DNA from: a virus
Length of the DNA: 41,394 nt
Virus record (IMG/VR): IMGVR_UViG_3300037054_000114
Span: 1 to 41,394 of that record
Reading direction: 5' to 3' (one strand)
Shown here: one piece after another, positions 15,409 through 22,927 of the stretch
How the letters are laid out: each line of letters starts with the position of its first letter
Position numbering within the stretch: position 1 is the stretch's first letter
Notes under the pieces: model-generated
The model's database searches: none
Told to the model about the DNA's origin: nothing
Seen by the model: only the letters and a program-made list of their open reading frames with translations
Made by a program: the position numbers and the translations under genes

Positions 15409-15804
15409 TTAGCGTATCAGTCCCCAAGATGTCAAAATCATCAACGCCCGGTCGAGGCTATCCGTCCATGCCGCATAACCGCCCGCGGCGTTCACGTCGT
15501 CCATGAAGTTGTGCTGCTCATCCGTGGGCCGGCCGCCGGTGCTTTTGAGTTCAAGGACAAACATGATTCCATCCGGCCGCAGGAATACCAGGTCGGATAC
15601 ACCCGCGCGCAGACCCATCTTTTTCGCGCGGATGGCAGATAATGGGACGCCTGATTTTGTGACCTTGCCACCCATCTTGGATGAGTTTGGAACGTAGAAA
15701 TAAACCAGCCCCAGCACCTTTCGCAGCTCGATATGCTGCACGAGGGCCATTTGGAATTGATCTTCCTCGTATCGGTTTTTCTTGCGGGCGAGCGTGGGTG
15801 TCAT
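15409..15804 (-). CDS. VRR-NUC domain nuclease (PD-(D/E)XK fold)
   Basis: EEDQFQMALVQHI...GVSDLVFLRPDGIMFVLELKSTGGRPTDEQHNFMDDVNAAGGYAAW fits the VRR-NUC pattern. Confidence 0.8.
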   Translation of the reverse strand: MTPTLARKKNRYEEDQFQMALVQHIELRKVLGLVYFYVPNSSKMGGKVTKSGVPLSAIRAKKMGLRAGVSDLVFLRPDGIMFVLELKSTGGRPTDEQHNFMDDVNAAGGYAAWTDSLDRALMILTSWGLIR

Positions 15805-15998
15805 TTCCGCTCCGCAAACTCAAATGCCATCCCGGCTAGTTTCTCGGTGATAAATTGCTGTGCATAACTTGTGCGGGGCGGCCCGGTCTTTTCCCAATTG
15901 TAGATGGTGGGCCGTGATACTCCGAACCGGGCAGCAAACTTGGCGTGGCTTTCGCCCATCCTTTTCCGCGTTTGCTGAATTTGTTTTGCGGTTATCAT
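15801..15998 (-). CDS. Cro-like/XRE-type helix-turn-helix protein (65 aa)
   Basis: ATG at 15998 (MITAKQIQQTRKRMGESHAKFAARFGVSRPTIYNWEKTG). First gene of a minus-strand operon that diverges from the plus-strand early block. Confidence 0.75.
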   Translation of the reverse strand: MITAKQIQQTRKRMGESHAKFAARFGVSRPTIYNWEKTGPPRTSYAQQFITEKLAGMAFEFAERK

Positions 15999-16005
15999 TT
16001 GACAG

Positions 16006-16037
16006 CTATTGACACGGTGCGGCGTTGCTGTCAATAG
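16006..16037. promoter_or_regulatory. Inverted repeat CTATTGACA-N14-TGTCAATAG in the 47-bp divergent intergenic region (operator and back-to-back promoters)
   Basis: Read directly. Each arm carries a consensus TTGACA, one per strand. Both flanking ATGs (15998 and 16046) lie 7-8 nt from the arms and have no Shine-Dalgarno sequence. Confidence 0.5.
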
Positions 16038-16045
16038 TGTCAACT

Positions 16046-16156
16046 ATGAACAACACGGCAAACCATATCGGCGACATCCCACTGGCGCTAATCATCATTG
16101 GGCTAGCCGCGTGGGCCGTGTGCATCATCATCAAAAGGCAAGCCAATGAGCCGTGA
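16046..16156 (+). CDS. Candidate 36-aa membrane peptide (MNNTANHIGDIPLALIIIGLAAWAVCIIIKRQANEP)
   Basis: First ATG after the control region. Overlaps the start of the next ORF. Confidence 0.35.
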   Translation: MNNTANHIGDIPLALIIIGLAAWAVCIIIKRQANEP

Positions 16157-16406
16157 CGAGTTTTTGGCAATCGAGGTCGCCCGCTACATCGGCCTCGGCA
16201 TGGACCTGCAAGCCGCCCGCAGCTTGGCTAATGCCGATTGGGGATGGGCCGACGGTCGAACATACGACATGCGCGTGGCCGAGGCGCGGGAGCGGCTAAA
16301 GGCACGCCGGCGGCAGCGACGACTTGAGCCGACTGTGGACGATCTGTTGGACGATGAGTTCCAATGGGACCGGCACAGCCCGGAGAATCAGCGATGGCAT
16401 GAATGA
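16146..16406 (+). CDS. Hypothetical protein (86 aa)
   Basis: ORF with a 4-nt overlap to the next gene. Confidence 0.6.
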   Translation: MSRDEFLAIEVARYIGLGMDLQAARSLANADWGWADGRTYDMRVAEARERLKARRRQRRLEPTVDDLLDDEFQWDRHSPENQRWHE

Positions 16407-16675
16407 CCGATTATCCAGCGGACTACCCTGTTCACCCGGACTACCCTGTTCACAAACTCTGCAACGCTATTCACCAGCGCACGAATCTTTACGAGGCCGA
16501 CATTAAACATTGGTTGCGCGATTTGGCCGAGCTGAAAGAACAAGGATTTTCGCCCGAGACTACCCCAATGTTACAGCTGTTTGCCGATACCGGGATTTTG
16601 CGGCAATTGGCTAATGCGTTGGACGAACAACGAAAACAACTCACACAACCGGAGCCGCTAAATGAAAATATCTGA
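16403..16675 (+). CDS. Hypothetical protein (90 aa) with a duplicated DYPVH motif
   Basis: ATGA overlap upstream. An 18-bp tandem duplication at 16419..16454 encodes the repeated motif. Confidence 0.6.
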   Translation: MTDYPADYPVHPDYPVHKLCNAIHQRTNLYEADIKHWLRDLAELKEQGFSPETTPMLQLFADTGILRQLANALDEQRKQLTQPEPLNENI

Positions 16676-17036
16676 TGCCTTCCCGCGTGAATTTCTTGCT
16701 GCACCCGACATCGGCAACAACGAGATTCGTGTGCTCATAAGCCATGTCGAAATGCGTGACGTGGGTGACGACCACAAGCCTGTCGTGTTTTTCCAGAACA
16801 AGAAGAAGGGGATGGTCCTTAATCTTGTAAACGCGAAGGCCATCGAACAATACTGCGGCGATGAAATGGACCTTTGGGCTGGCAAGGAGATTATCCTGTT
16901 CACAATGCCGGTCACATTCAATGGCCGCACAGCACCGGCTATTCGTGTCCGCGTGCCGATGCCGACCGAGCGATCCATTGGACCGGGAGCGCCTGCTGCG
17001 CCGGCAAAGCAAAGCGAGGACCCGGCTGACTTTTGA
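16662..17036 (+). CDS. Hypothetical conserved-looking phage protein (124 aa)
   Basis: MKISDAFPREFLAAPDIG...KPVVFFQNKKKGMVLNLVNAKAI...W.GKEIILF resembles a recurrent phage early-protein pattern. The function is unknown. Confidence 0.65.
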   Translation: MKISDAFPREFLAAPDIGNNEIRVLISHVEMRDVGDDHKPVVFFQNKKKGMVLNLVNAKAIEQYCGDEMDLWAGKEIILFTMPVTFNGRTAPAIRVRVPMPTERSIGPGAPAAPAKQSEDPADF

Positions 17037-17157
17037 TCCGCGTGTCACTCCGCGGATTGGACCGGGCCGGCTCCTGCCACAACACAGCCCCTCACACGCC
17101 CCGGCAGGGGCCGGCAAGGTCAAGCGGCGATAGACGACAGGTTAACAGGGGAAAACC

Positions 17158-17460
17158 ATGACCCATGATGAAGAAAACGACCGCAATGAAGCGTGGCTTC
17201 GTTCGGTCCTGGATGGTCTGACGGCATCCAATTCGTCAGCGGAGGCGATAGCACAGAAGCTATATGCCTTCACTCATGGTGGAGCGGTAGCGGCGCTGCC
17301 GGCCTCCGTGTTGCGGTTTGAAACTCTGCTCAATGAACCAACAGAGTTTGAGGATCAAACCCGCGTGCGCGAGTACCGGCACCAGATGTGGCCGCGTTGG
17401 CAGGAAGTCGTGACCGACGTCCGGCGGCTGACAACAAGTATGTCGGGAAATGAACGATGA
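17158..17460 (+). CDS. Hypothetical protein (100 aa)
   Basis: ATG preceded by GGGGAAAACC. 4-nt overlap with the next gene. Confidence 0.6.
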   Translation: MTHDEENDRNEAWLRSVLDGLTASNSSAEAIAQKLYAFTHGGAVAALPASVLRFETLLNEPTEFEDQTRVREYRHQMWPRWQEVVTDVRRLTTSMSGNER

Positions 17461-17789
17461 TCGAGCACACACTTGGACCTTGGGAATTTATTGAGGATGA
17501 CGGGCGCCAGGTTGACGATTGCCTTGGGCCTTATACGATTTGCGACCCGGCGCGCAATGATCTTGCATCCGTCTATAGCCGCGAAAATGCGACGGTGGCT
17601 ATATCTCGCCGTTGCGCTGTCGCTAATGCTCGCCTAATTGCCGCCGCGCCAGACTTGCTCGCCGCGCTTCAAGATGCGCTCTTGTGCATGGAATCTGGCA
17701 ACAAGATCAAAAATCCAGATTGGGACGGATCGGCCACCCCGGAATCTTCTATTGGCAAAGCCCGCGCGGCTATCGCAAAAGCAAGTTGA
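17457..17789 (+). CDS. Hypothetical phage protein (110 aa)
   Basis: Contains GPW...NARLIAAAPDLLAAL, a motif common in small phage early proteins. Confidence 0.65.
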   Translation: MIEHTLGPWEFIEDDGRQVDDCLGPYTICDPARNDLASVYSRENATVAISRRCAVANARLIAAAPDLLAALQDALLCMESGNKIKNPDWDGSATPESSIGKARAAIAKAS

Positions 17790-17801
17790 TACGGAATTAA
17801 C

Positions 17802-17978
17802 ATGGATTTTTTCAAACGACTTTGGTGCGCCCTTCGCGGCCATCCCTATCCGACACAGACGGATCGGGGTGCCTACCAAGATTGGCTTGATGGTCGCGAT
17901 CCATTTGCTCCGCTATCGTATTGTTCCAATTGTGGGGCAGAAATTAAAAGCCGAAAGCACGGCGCGGGTTGGGGGTAG
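17802..17978 (+). CDS. Candidate 58-aa protein (MDFFKRLWCALRGHPYP...YCSNCGAEI), DUF1660-like pattern
   Basis: Found by manual translation; it is below the ORF-track cutoff. The pattern C.L.GH....C..CG resembles small prophage proteins. Confidence 0.45.
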   Translation: MDFFKRLWCALRGHPYPTQTDRGAYQDWLDGRDPFAPLSYCSNCGAEIKSRKHGAGWG

Positions 17979-17979
17979 C

Positions 17980-18189
17980 ATGGAAAATCGAGACACATTG
18001 CTGGTCGCCTATGGCTATCTCTGGCTGTTCCAGGGCGACGCCGAGGCCGACAACAACGCTCGCTTTGCCTTTGAGGCTCGGCGGCAACTGTTGTCGCTCT
18101 TAACCAAAGAGGACCGACTGATCGAACGGCTGCGATCTGGCGAGGGAATCTCGCTTAGCATTCTGTCGCCCAAGGTTGAAACAGAATGA
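17980..18189 (+). CDS. Hypothetical protein (69 aa)
   Basis: Internal ATG of ORF 17638..18189, 1 nt after the previous stop (MENRDTLLVAYGYLWLFQGD...). Confidence 0.55.
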   Translation: MENRDTLLVAYGYLWLFQGDAEADNNARFAFEARRQLLSLLTKEDRLIERLRSGEGISLSILSPKVETE

Positions 18190-18422
18190 CGCGAGGATAT
18201 TACCGCAAGCACGAAGTGAATGGCGCTGGCTGGACCAAATGGATTCCAGCCGCGCGGCGTCACAAAATCCGGTGCTGCGACTGTGGGCTAGTTCATCAAT
18301 TTGTTTTCCATGTGAACAAGCACGGGGTCATCCACTTCAAGGCGCGGCGCTTGGCTGGCGAGACAAAAAAAGCGCGGCGCAAAAGCCGACTAACTTCTGC
18401 AATGTCGGGAAATGCGACATGA
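18186..18422 (+). CDS. Hypothetical basic protein with a CC..C motif (78 aa)
   Basis: 4-nt overlaps on both sides. Confidence 0.6.
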   Translation: MTRGYYRKHEVNGAGWTKWIPAARRHKIRCCDCGLVHQFVFHVNKHGVIHFKARRLAGETKKARRKSRLTSAMSGNAT

Positions 18423-18646
18423 GCGATAAATTATATGGTCCTTGCCAATGGTGCGGCGCGCTGGCCGGTGCGCCCTGCGTGACCCGTAGTGGGAAAATAT
18501 ATGTCTACGTTCACACTTGCCGCAAAGGTTCATTGATTGGCGAGCCGCCGGGGTTTTCAGCTCTCTATCCTGTGGAAGAGAGTGGGCCCGGCGGTGACGT
18601 TGGGCTAGACGGCGGCTCACCTATCAATGAAACAGCCGACGAGTAA
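18419..18646 (+). CDS. Small zinc-finger-like protein (75 aa)
   Basis: ATGA overlap upstream. Contains GPCQWCGALAGAPC...H.C. Confidence 0.6.
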   Translation: MSDKLYGPCQWCGALAGAPCVTRSGKIYVYVHTCRKGSLIGEPPGFSALYPVEESGPGGDVGLDGGSPINETADE

Positions 18647-18657
18647 CGGAGGTGAAA

Positions 18658-18771
18658 ATGGCTTGGTATGTATTGGCGTTGTGTCTCAGCTTTTGGGCTG
18701 GCGCGATTGTTGGGACCACCAACGAGCGGTGCCGATGGTTTCGCAGGCCCGTACAAAAGCCGACATACTGA
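18658..18771 (+). CDS. Candidate 37-aa membrane peptide
   Basis: Strong RBS (GGAGGTGAAAATG). Sequence MAWYVLALCLSFWAGAIVGTT.... Confidence 0.4.
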   Translation: MAWYVLALCLSFWAGAIVGTTNERCRWFRRPVQKPTY

Positions 18772-18896
18772 GGTTTTCACGGAATGACCCTTCCCTACCC
18801 GCCACCCTTCCAAGACCTCAAGACGCTCGCAGCGCATTGCTGCCTGAGAAATTCAAAGAGGACAACGCGCAATGTCCGCAGTAACACGGGGATAGC

Positions 18897-18977
18897 ATGA
18901 CAATGCAAATCATCTGCTTCGTGATCGGCATGTGGGTGGGTGGGTTGCTTGTCTATTTTTCACCGCTCACGAAATAG
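18897..18977 (+). CDS. Candidate 26-aa membrane peptide
   Basis: MTMQIICFVIGMWVGGLLVYFSPLTK, preceded by GGGGA. Very short. Confidence 0.25.
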   Translation: MTMQIICFVIGMWVGGLLVYFSPLTK

Positions 18978-19007
18978 CACGGGGCCAGTTGTGACAAGAT
19001 TAGCAGG

Positions 19008-19169
19008 CTACTTCATGGCTCTTTCCCGACGCTTTAACTCCCGCTCGACGGCCTTCCGGATGAGGTCGGCCCGCTTTTCGCCGTCCCCGAGGGCCGCGTC
19101 TATGCGCTCCATGGTCCCAGCCGGCAAACGGGCCGGAATTTGCTCGAAATTGACCTGTTTTCTGCCCAT
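19008..19169 (-). CDS. Ribbon-helix-helix (CopG/Arc-type) regulator, 53 aa
   Basis: Manual translation gives MGRKQVNFEQIPARLPAGTMERIDAALGDGEKRADLIRKAVERELKRRERAMK. The ORF-track entry 19000..19194 is in a different frame and looks spurious. Confidence 0.7.
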   Translation of the reverse strand: MGRKQVNFEQIPARLPAGTMERIDAALGDGEKRADLIRKAVERELKRRERAMK

Positions 19170-19184
19170 AGGGCCAGAATATAC

Positions 19185-19225
19185 ATGATATCACCTATTG
19201 ACAAGGGCAAAATAGGTGATATCAT
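19185..19225. promoter_or_regulatory. Perfect 14-bp inverted repeat ATGATATCACCTAT-N13-ATAGGTGATATCAT overlapping a TTGACA-16-TATCAT promoter
   Basis: Read directly. Each arm contains the 8-bp palindrome TGATATCA, with centres 31 bp apart. TTGACA is at 19198..19203 and TATCAT at 19220..19225. It lies between the RHH gene and the plus-strand gene at 19251. Confidence 0.6.
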
Positions 19226-19250
19226 CTACCCATCAAAACGGGAGACGGAC

Positions 19251-19469
19251 ATGACCAAGAATCAGCCAATCACCTACACCTTCACCAAGGGCATTTTCAC
19301 CATTTCCGTCCATGCCCAGAAGGGCCTCATTCGCGAATCCATCCGCAACTCGGATGGTCGCGAACTTTCATATCAAGCCTTTCGCAGTTCATGCGCGTCT
19401 AATCGCGATCTCGTTACCTCTTACGCGGAGGGCCGCTTGGCAGACCTTGCGCGGAGCACCCACGTATGA
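19251..19469 (+). CDS. Hypothetical protein (72 aa)
   Basis: ATG at 19251 preceded by GGGAG. First gene downstream of the operator/promoter. Confidence 0.6.
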   Translation: MTKNQPITYTFTKGIFTISVHAQKGLIRESIRNSDGRELSYQAFRSSCASNRDLVTSYAEGRLADLARSTHV

Positions 19470-19633
19470 GCACAGATGATATGCACCTAAATCGCGCCGT
19501 CATCTGCGAGGGTTGCGCGTGGGCAGGCATCAATGGCGAACTTATTGCCAAGGACAAACTGCGCTGCCCTAGATGCGATGGCGATCAAATTCACTACGTG
19601 GGAGTAGTTGATGCGCCGCCCGGCGTGCAGTAG
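19466..19633 (+). CDS. Candidate zinc-ribbon protein (55 aa)
   Basis: ATGA overlap upstream. Contains CEGC...CPRC. Confidence 0.5.
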   Translation: MSTDDMHLNRAVICEGCAWAGINGELIAKDKLRCPRCDGDQIHYVGVVDAPPGVQ

Positions 19634-19660
19634 CCGATTCATAGAGTGGGAACAAGGAAG

Positions 19661-19948
19661 ATGCGCGACAGCATTGCAGAGGCGCTAAAGCCTTTTGGAT
19701 ACGAGTGGCTAGTTTCGGCGACAGGCATCTCTGGTCCAGGTAGTCTTATAGTCGTATTCGCGGGGCCGGGCGACTTTTACACGGCCTGTCTGACTCGCGA
19801 CGATAAGGTCGTTTGGGTCATGACCTGCGGGGGCCAAGAGGTTGATTCCAACAGCGACCGCGCCAACGAGCTTCATGACGCATCGCGTGATCTTTACAAA
19901 AACAGTCTAGCAGGACCACATGGCAAATCTAGCAAAGCACTGGTCTAA
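19661..19948 (+). CDS. Hypothetical protein (95 aa)
   Basis: ATG at 19661 preceded by AAGGAAG. The ORF-track start at 19646 is a GTG. Confidence 0.6.
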   Translation: MRDSIAEALKPFGYEWLVSATGISGPGSLIVVFAGPGDFYTACLTRDDKVVWVMTCGGQEVDSNSDRANELHDASRDLYKNSLAGPHGKSSKALV

Positions 19949-20144
19949 ATGGGAGCCGCAGGATTGCCGCGATGCGGTCGCGATGCTGCAAGCACAGCAA
20001 GCGATCTTGGATCGGCTGCACAACCAAACGGCATTCGGCGATTGCGTCTATCAATTTGCCGGGTGCTTGGATCAGGCGGCCGCTTATGTTCTCGCCGACC
20101 ACATTCGGGGATGGTTGTTCGGCGAAGAAGAAATCCCCGAGTAA
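19920..20144 (+). CDS. Hypothetical protein (74 aa)
   Basis: ORF on the early-gene strand, overlapping the end of the previous gene. Confidence 0.55.
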   Translation: MANLAKHWSKWEPQDCRDAVAMLQAQQAILDRLHNQTAFGDCVYQFAGCLDQAAAYVLADHIRGWLFGEEEIPE

Positions 20145-20156
20145 CAGGACGTGAAC

Positions 20157-20339
20157 ATGAAACTTGAAATCGGGAAAAAGTACCGCAGCCGCAATGGCGA
20201 GGTCCACGGTCCTTTGAAGGTCACGGCGAGCCACCCGGATCGCTTCACCGACGAAATGGGTAACTGGTATGGCCCAGACGGTCATTATTGGGCACAGCGC
20301 CCAGACTGCCCGTTTAGCCTCATTGAAGAAGCCGACTAG
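20157..20339 (+). CDS. Hypothetical protein (60 aa)
   Basis: ATG at 20157 preceded by AGGA. Confidence 0.55.
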   Translation: MKLEIGKKYRSRNGEVHGPLKVTASHPDRFTDEMGNWYGPDGHYWAQRPDCPFSLIEEAD

Positions 20340-20345
20340 CCGCCG

Positions 20346-20531
20346 ATGACGCAAATTTCCGACGATAAATTTATGGAGATTGTCGAGTGCATGTTGGCGC
20401 GCGGCGGCGAATGGAAGGTATCAATGTCGAAGGACGGATTCCATCTGACCTATGAAGGCGAGACACATCGCATTTCCGAAAAGCACGCCGAGGTCATGTT
20501 CCAGACAATCCCGAGAAAATGCACAAGCTGA
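20346..20531 (+). CDS. Hypothetical protein (61 aa)
   Basis: ORF in series with its neighbours. Confidence 0.55.
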   Translation: MTQISDDKFMEIVECMLARGGEWKVSMSKDGFHLTYEGETHRISEKHAEVMFQTIPRKCTS

Positions 20532-20562
20532 GTAGCCGCCGATGAACCGCTAGGAGAAAACG

Positions 20563-20805
20563 ATGGCCGGAATTATCAAGTTATGGCTGCGGGAGCCACG
20601 GCGAGCTTGGAAGAACGATGGAGGCCCTATTCCCTATGGGATGCGCAGCCGCGTGAAGCGGCGCGGGATCAAGAGCCACACTGTTACCATCGACAATCCG
20701 CTACAGCGCGTGCGGCGTGGTCATTGGGTCGTATTTGCCGGGAGCCAGCCATATAGTTTTTCGCCGGCCGAAATGCGCCACCTGTATAGCCGCGTTCCGC
20801 TGTAG
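20563..20805 (+). CDS. Hypothetical basic protein (80 aa)
   Basis: Preceded by TAGGAGAAAACG. Confidence 0.55.
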   Translation: MAGIIKLWLREPRRAWKNDGGPIPYGMRSRVKRRGIKSHTVTIDNPLQRVRRGHWVVFAGSQPYSFSPAEMRHLYSRVPL

Positions 20806-20841
20806 CCGGTTAACCCCGTCCCTAACCGCCAGGAGATCGAC

Positions 20842-21036
20842 ATGCTCAATCTGCCCGACTTCGACGCGATGTACTGCGATATGGCCAAGAGCGCCAAGAT
20901 TGACCGCTGCCATGTCCTCTGCCGGAAGTGTGGCGCGACGCAGTTTGTTGATGGCGCCAGGGCGCTCCGCGAGGGCTGGCCGAAGTGCTGCGGTGAGACG
21001 ATGATGCTCGGCGCCTGCGCCGAGAAAAAAAGTTAA
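20842..21036 (+). CDS. Small zinc-ribbon-like protein (64 aa)
   Basis: Preceded by AGGAGATCGAC. Contains CRKCG...KCCG. Confidence 0.6.
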   Translation: MLNLPDFDAMYCDMAKSAKIDRCHVLCRKCGATQFVDGARALREGWPKCCGETMMLGACAEKKS

Positions 21037-21054
21037 TCAGTAGGAACTCGTCAC

Positions 21055-21171
21055 ATGACCAAGACACAAAAATTTCTCTTTGCCGTGTTTGTGTTTTTGC
21101 CGTGCATCGTGCTCGCGGGGATACCCTGCGGCATGGTGCTTGAGTCCATAGAAATCGCTTTAGGGCACTGA
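21055..21171 (+). CDS. Candidate 38-aa membrane peptide
   Basis: MTKTQKFLFAVFVFLPCIVLAGIPCGMVLESIEIALGH, found by manual translation. Confidence 0.3.
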   Translation: MTKTQKFLFAVFVFLPCIVLAGIPCGMVLESIEIALGH

Positions 21172-21194
21172 TAAGCGATTAGCAGGAGACTGAT

Positions 21195-21425
21195 ATGCTT
21201 ACGGTTTATGTTCTCTCGATGTACACTTGCGTCACCGTCAACGATTTCTCTGGCTCGCTCATGAGCAAAAGCTGTAACTGGCATCCCAATGGTGCCCTCT
21301 ATGCGACCGAGGATGCGTGCAAAAACGCGGGCAAGAGCCAGGTAGGTCATCCGTTCTACAGCGACATTGCCGATGGCGCGGTTCACGAGGACTATCGATG
21401 CTACGCCCAAAGCGTCACACAGTAA
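21195..21425 (+). CDS. Hypothetical Cys-containing protein (76 aa)
   Basis: Preceded by AGCAGGAGACTGAT. The 132-aa minus-strand ORF opposite looks spurious. Confidence 0.55.
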   Translation: MLTVYVLSMYTCVTVNDFSGSLMSKSCNWHPNGALYATEDACKNAGKSQVGHPFYSDIADGAVHEDYRCYAQSVTQ

Positions 21426-21832
21426 TGGCCAATATGCAGGGAACCGCAATGCTCAATCCTGATGGACTAATCAAACGAGGATTTGCGGACTTCCCAAACC
21501 AATTTCGGCGCGACTTGGCCGACGAGGGTTTTCAGATTATCGAGCCAGATGGTGCTACATTCCCGTCGTTCTCTTTGCACAACTGGTTCATGGACAGCTT
21601 CCTGGCTCGCAAGGGCGAACGAATCTACGTGCCCCTCGTGCATGCCCGCAAACCGCAGCACGGCGCATTCAGTAAATTGGTACACGATATCGAGGTAAAT
21701 GCTGGCCTTGAAATGGCGGTTATCGCACCGCTAGGGTCAATGGTCGCTATACTGGGCAATTGGCTCTATGAACCCCGGCGCGAATTGATTTGCGGGAGCG
21801 TCGAGGACGTGTGGTACGCACAGCCGCGCTAA
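21425..21832 (+). CDS. Hypothetical protein (135 aa)
   Basis: TAATG overlap with the upstream stop. Internal start of ORF 21317..21832. Confidence 0.6.
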   Translation: MANMQGTAMLNPDGLIKRGFADFPNQFRRDLADEGFQIIEPDGATFPSFSLHNWFMDSFLARKGERIYVPLVHARKPQHGAFSKLVHDIEVNAGLEMAVIAPLGSMVAILGNWLYEPRRELICGSVEDVWYAQPR

Positions 21833-21868
21833 CAAGAGATATGTCGTAACAACCAAAGGAACCGGGAC

Positions 21869-22249
21869 ATGAGCGTTGAGGAAATCACGGCAGAGGAAAC
21901 TGGCAAGATTGCCGGTATTCTGGAAACCAAATGGGCGCAGACCTACGCGGACAAAACTCGGTTCAAGGCCGAGGCCGATTCGTTGCGGACTGCGTTGGAT
22001 GTTATGACCGCCGACCGTGACTATTGGCGGCACCGCGCGGAGGAAGCCGAACTTGAGCGGGACGAAGCGCGCGAATCCGAGGAATACATGCACCGGCAGT
22101 GGGAAAGCGTTGGTGCTGTTGCCAAGGAAACCTTGGAACACAGGAATACCCGCAGAAAGAAATCGCGGCCGCAACTCACCATAACGCCGACTGATGACAA
22201 GCCGCCAAGTGTGGTAGTGTTTAATCGGGGAACTAACCAGCAAGCCTAG
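21869..22249 (+). CDS. Hypothetical coiled-coil-like protein (126 aa)
   Basis: Preceded by AAAGGAA. Charged, heptad-like sequence. Last gene of the plus-strand block. Confidence 0.65.
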   Translation: MSVEEITAEETGKIAGILETKWAQTYADKTRFKAEADSLRTALDVMTADRDYWRHRAEEAELERDEARESEEYMHRQWESVGAVAKETLEHRNTRRKKSRPQLTITPTDDKPPSVVVFNRGTNQQA

Positions 22250-22337
22250 GTGTTGGACTAAAGCATAACGATACCGGCCTTGCAACGGCTGTGACCGCGA
22301 ATACGCCCGTCACGCCAGCAGCTGCGGCGGCTAAGGC

Positions 22338-22634
22338 TTAACGCTTGGTGCCGGCTGTCAGAGCTTTCAGGTCGGCTACACCCTGCGCGGTGTAATCAAC
22401 CTTATCTTCCAGCTTTGTCAGCCGGTTTGATACCGAATCCAGGCGCGTTTTAATATCGGCCAAATCAACCTGTAGCGTGGTCACGTTTGATCTTAGCGTC
22501 AACGCCCCCACGACAAACCCGCCTAGGAACACAACAATACTCAATATCGAGCCAACAGCGGCAATGACCGCGGCACTGGCGCGGAATGTCGTGCGGAAAC
22601 CGCCATTGGTAGATGTTCCAATATCCACCATCAT
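22338..22634 (-). CDS. Membrane-anchored coiled-coil protein (98 aa), i-spanin-like topology
   Basis: The ATG at 22634 overlaps the upstream stop (ATGA). An N-terminal TM segment is followed by a coiled-coil-like LQVDLADIKTRLDSVSNRLTKLEDKV. Last gene of the late operon. Confidence 0.55.
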   Translation of the reverse strand: MMVDIGTSTNGGFRTTFRASAAVIAAVGSILSIVVFLGGFVVGALTLRSNVTTLQVDLADIKTRLDSVSNRLTKLEDKVDYTAQGVADLKALTAGTKR

Positions 22635-22846
22635 GGCTGTGCCTCGCATTCAATGATGATTTTCTGTTCTTCCTTGGTAGCCGCGCGAAGGGCCGCCTCG
22701 TAACGATCCGGCGGCAGTCGCCTTACTACCGCGTTAATCTCGGCACAGTCCGGGGCCGACTGTGCCGGCCGGTGATGGTGTCGCACGGGCTGATGCCACG
22801 GCCACAAGAATGACTGCGCGGCCAGTATGAGAATGATCGCGCGCAT
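22631..22846 (-). CDS. Small exported protein (71 aa) with two Cys
   Basis: Hydrophobic N-terminus MRAIILILAAQS with no lipobox cysteine. Abuts the upstream stop. Confidence 0.5.
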   Translation of the reverse strand: MRAIILILAAQSFLWPWHQPVRHHHRPAQSAPDCAEINAVVRRLPPDRYEAALRAATKEEQKIIIECEAQP

Positions 22847-22927
22847 TTATGAATAAATCCAGCCCATCGCTTTGGCAAAGGCCGCCCCCAACAGCACAAT
22901 TAATATGATGGTGGGGGCGTGTTTCAT
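22847..22927 (-). CDS. Candidate 26-aa membrane peptide (MKHAPTIILIVLLGAAFAKAMGWIYS)
   Basis: TGATG overlap with the outer-membrane-protein stop. The longer 73-aa track ORF overlaps that gene and looks spurious upstream of this ATG. Confidence 0.3.
   Translation of the reverse strand: MKHAPTIILIVLLGAAFAKAMGWIYS

Noticed and set aside
16419-16454. 18-bp tandem duplication (CGGACTACCCTGTTCACC/A)
   Set aside because: It is real, but it only duplicates a DYPVH peptide inside a small early gene. I saw no evidence of a regulatory role.
19000-19194. 64-aa minus-strand ORF from the track
   Set aside because: It is a Gly/Arg/Pro-rich off-frame reading. The neighbouring frame (19008..19169) gives a clean ribbon-helix-helix protein.
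21737-22285. 182-aa minus-strand ORF (and similarly 21051..21449)
   Set aside because: Both are antisense to plus-strand genes that have good RBSs and protein-like sequences. Their composition is typical of reverse frames.
22250-22337. A bidirectional terminator expected between the convergent ends of the plus-strand early block and the late operon
   Set aside because: Only short palindromes are present (GCAGCTGC, and GTGAC-N13-GTCAC). There is no stable GC hairpin with a U-tract.
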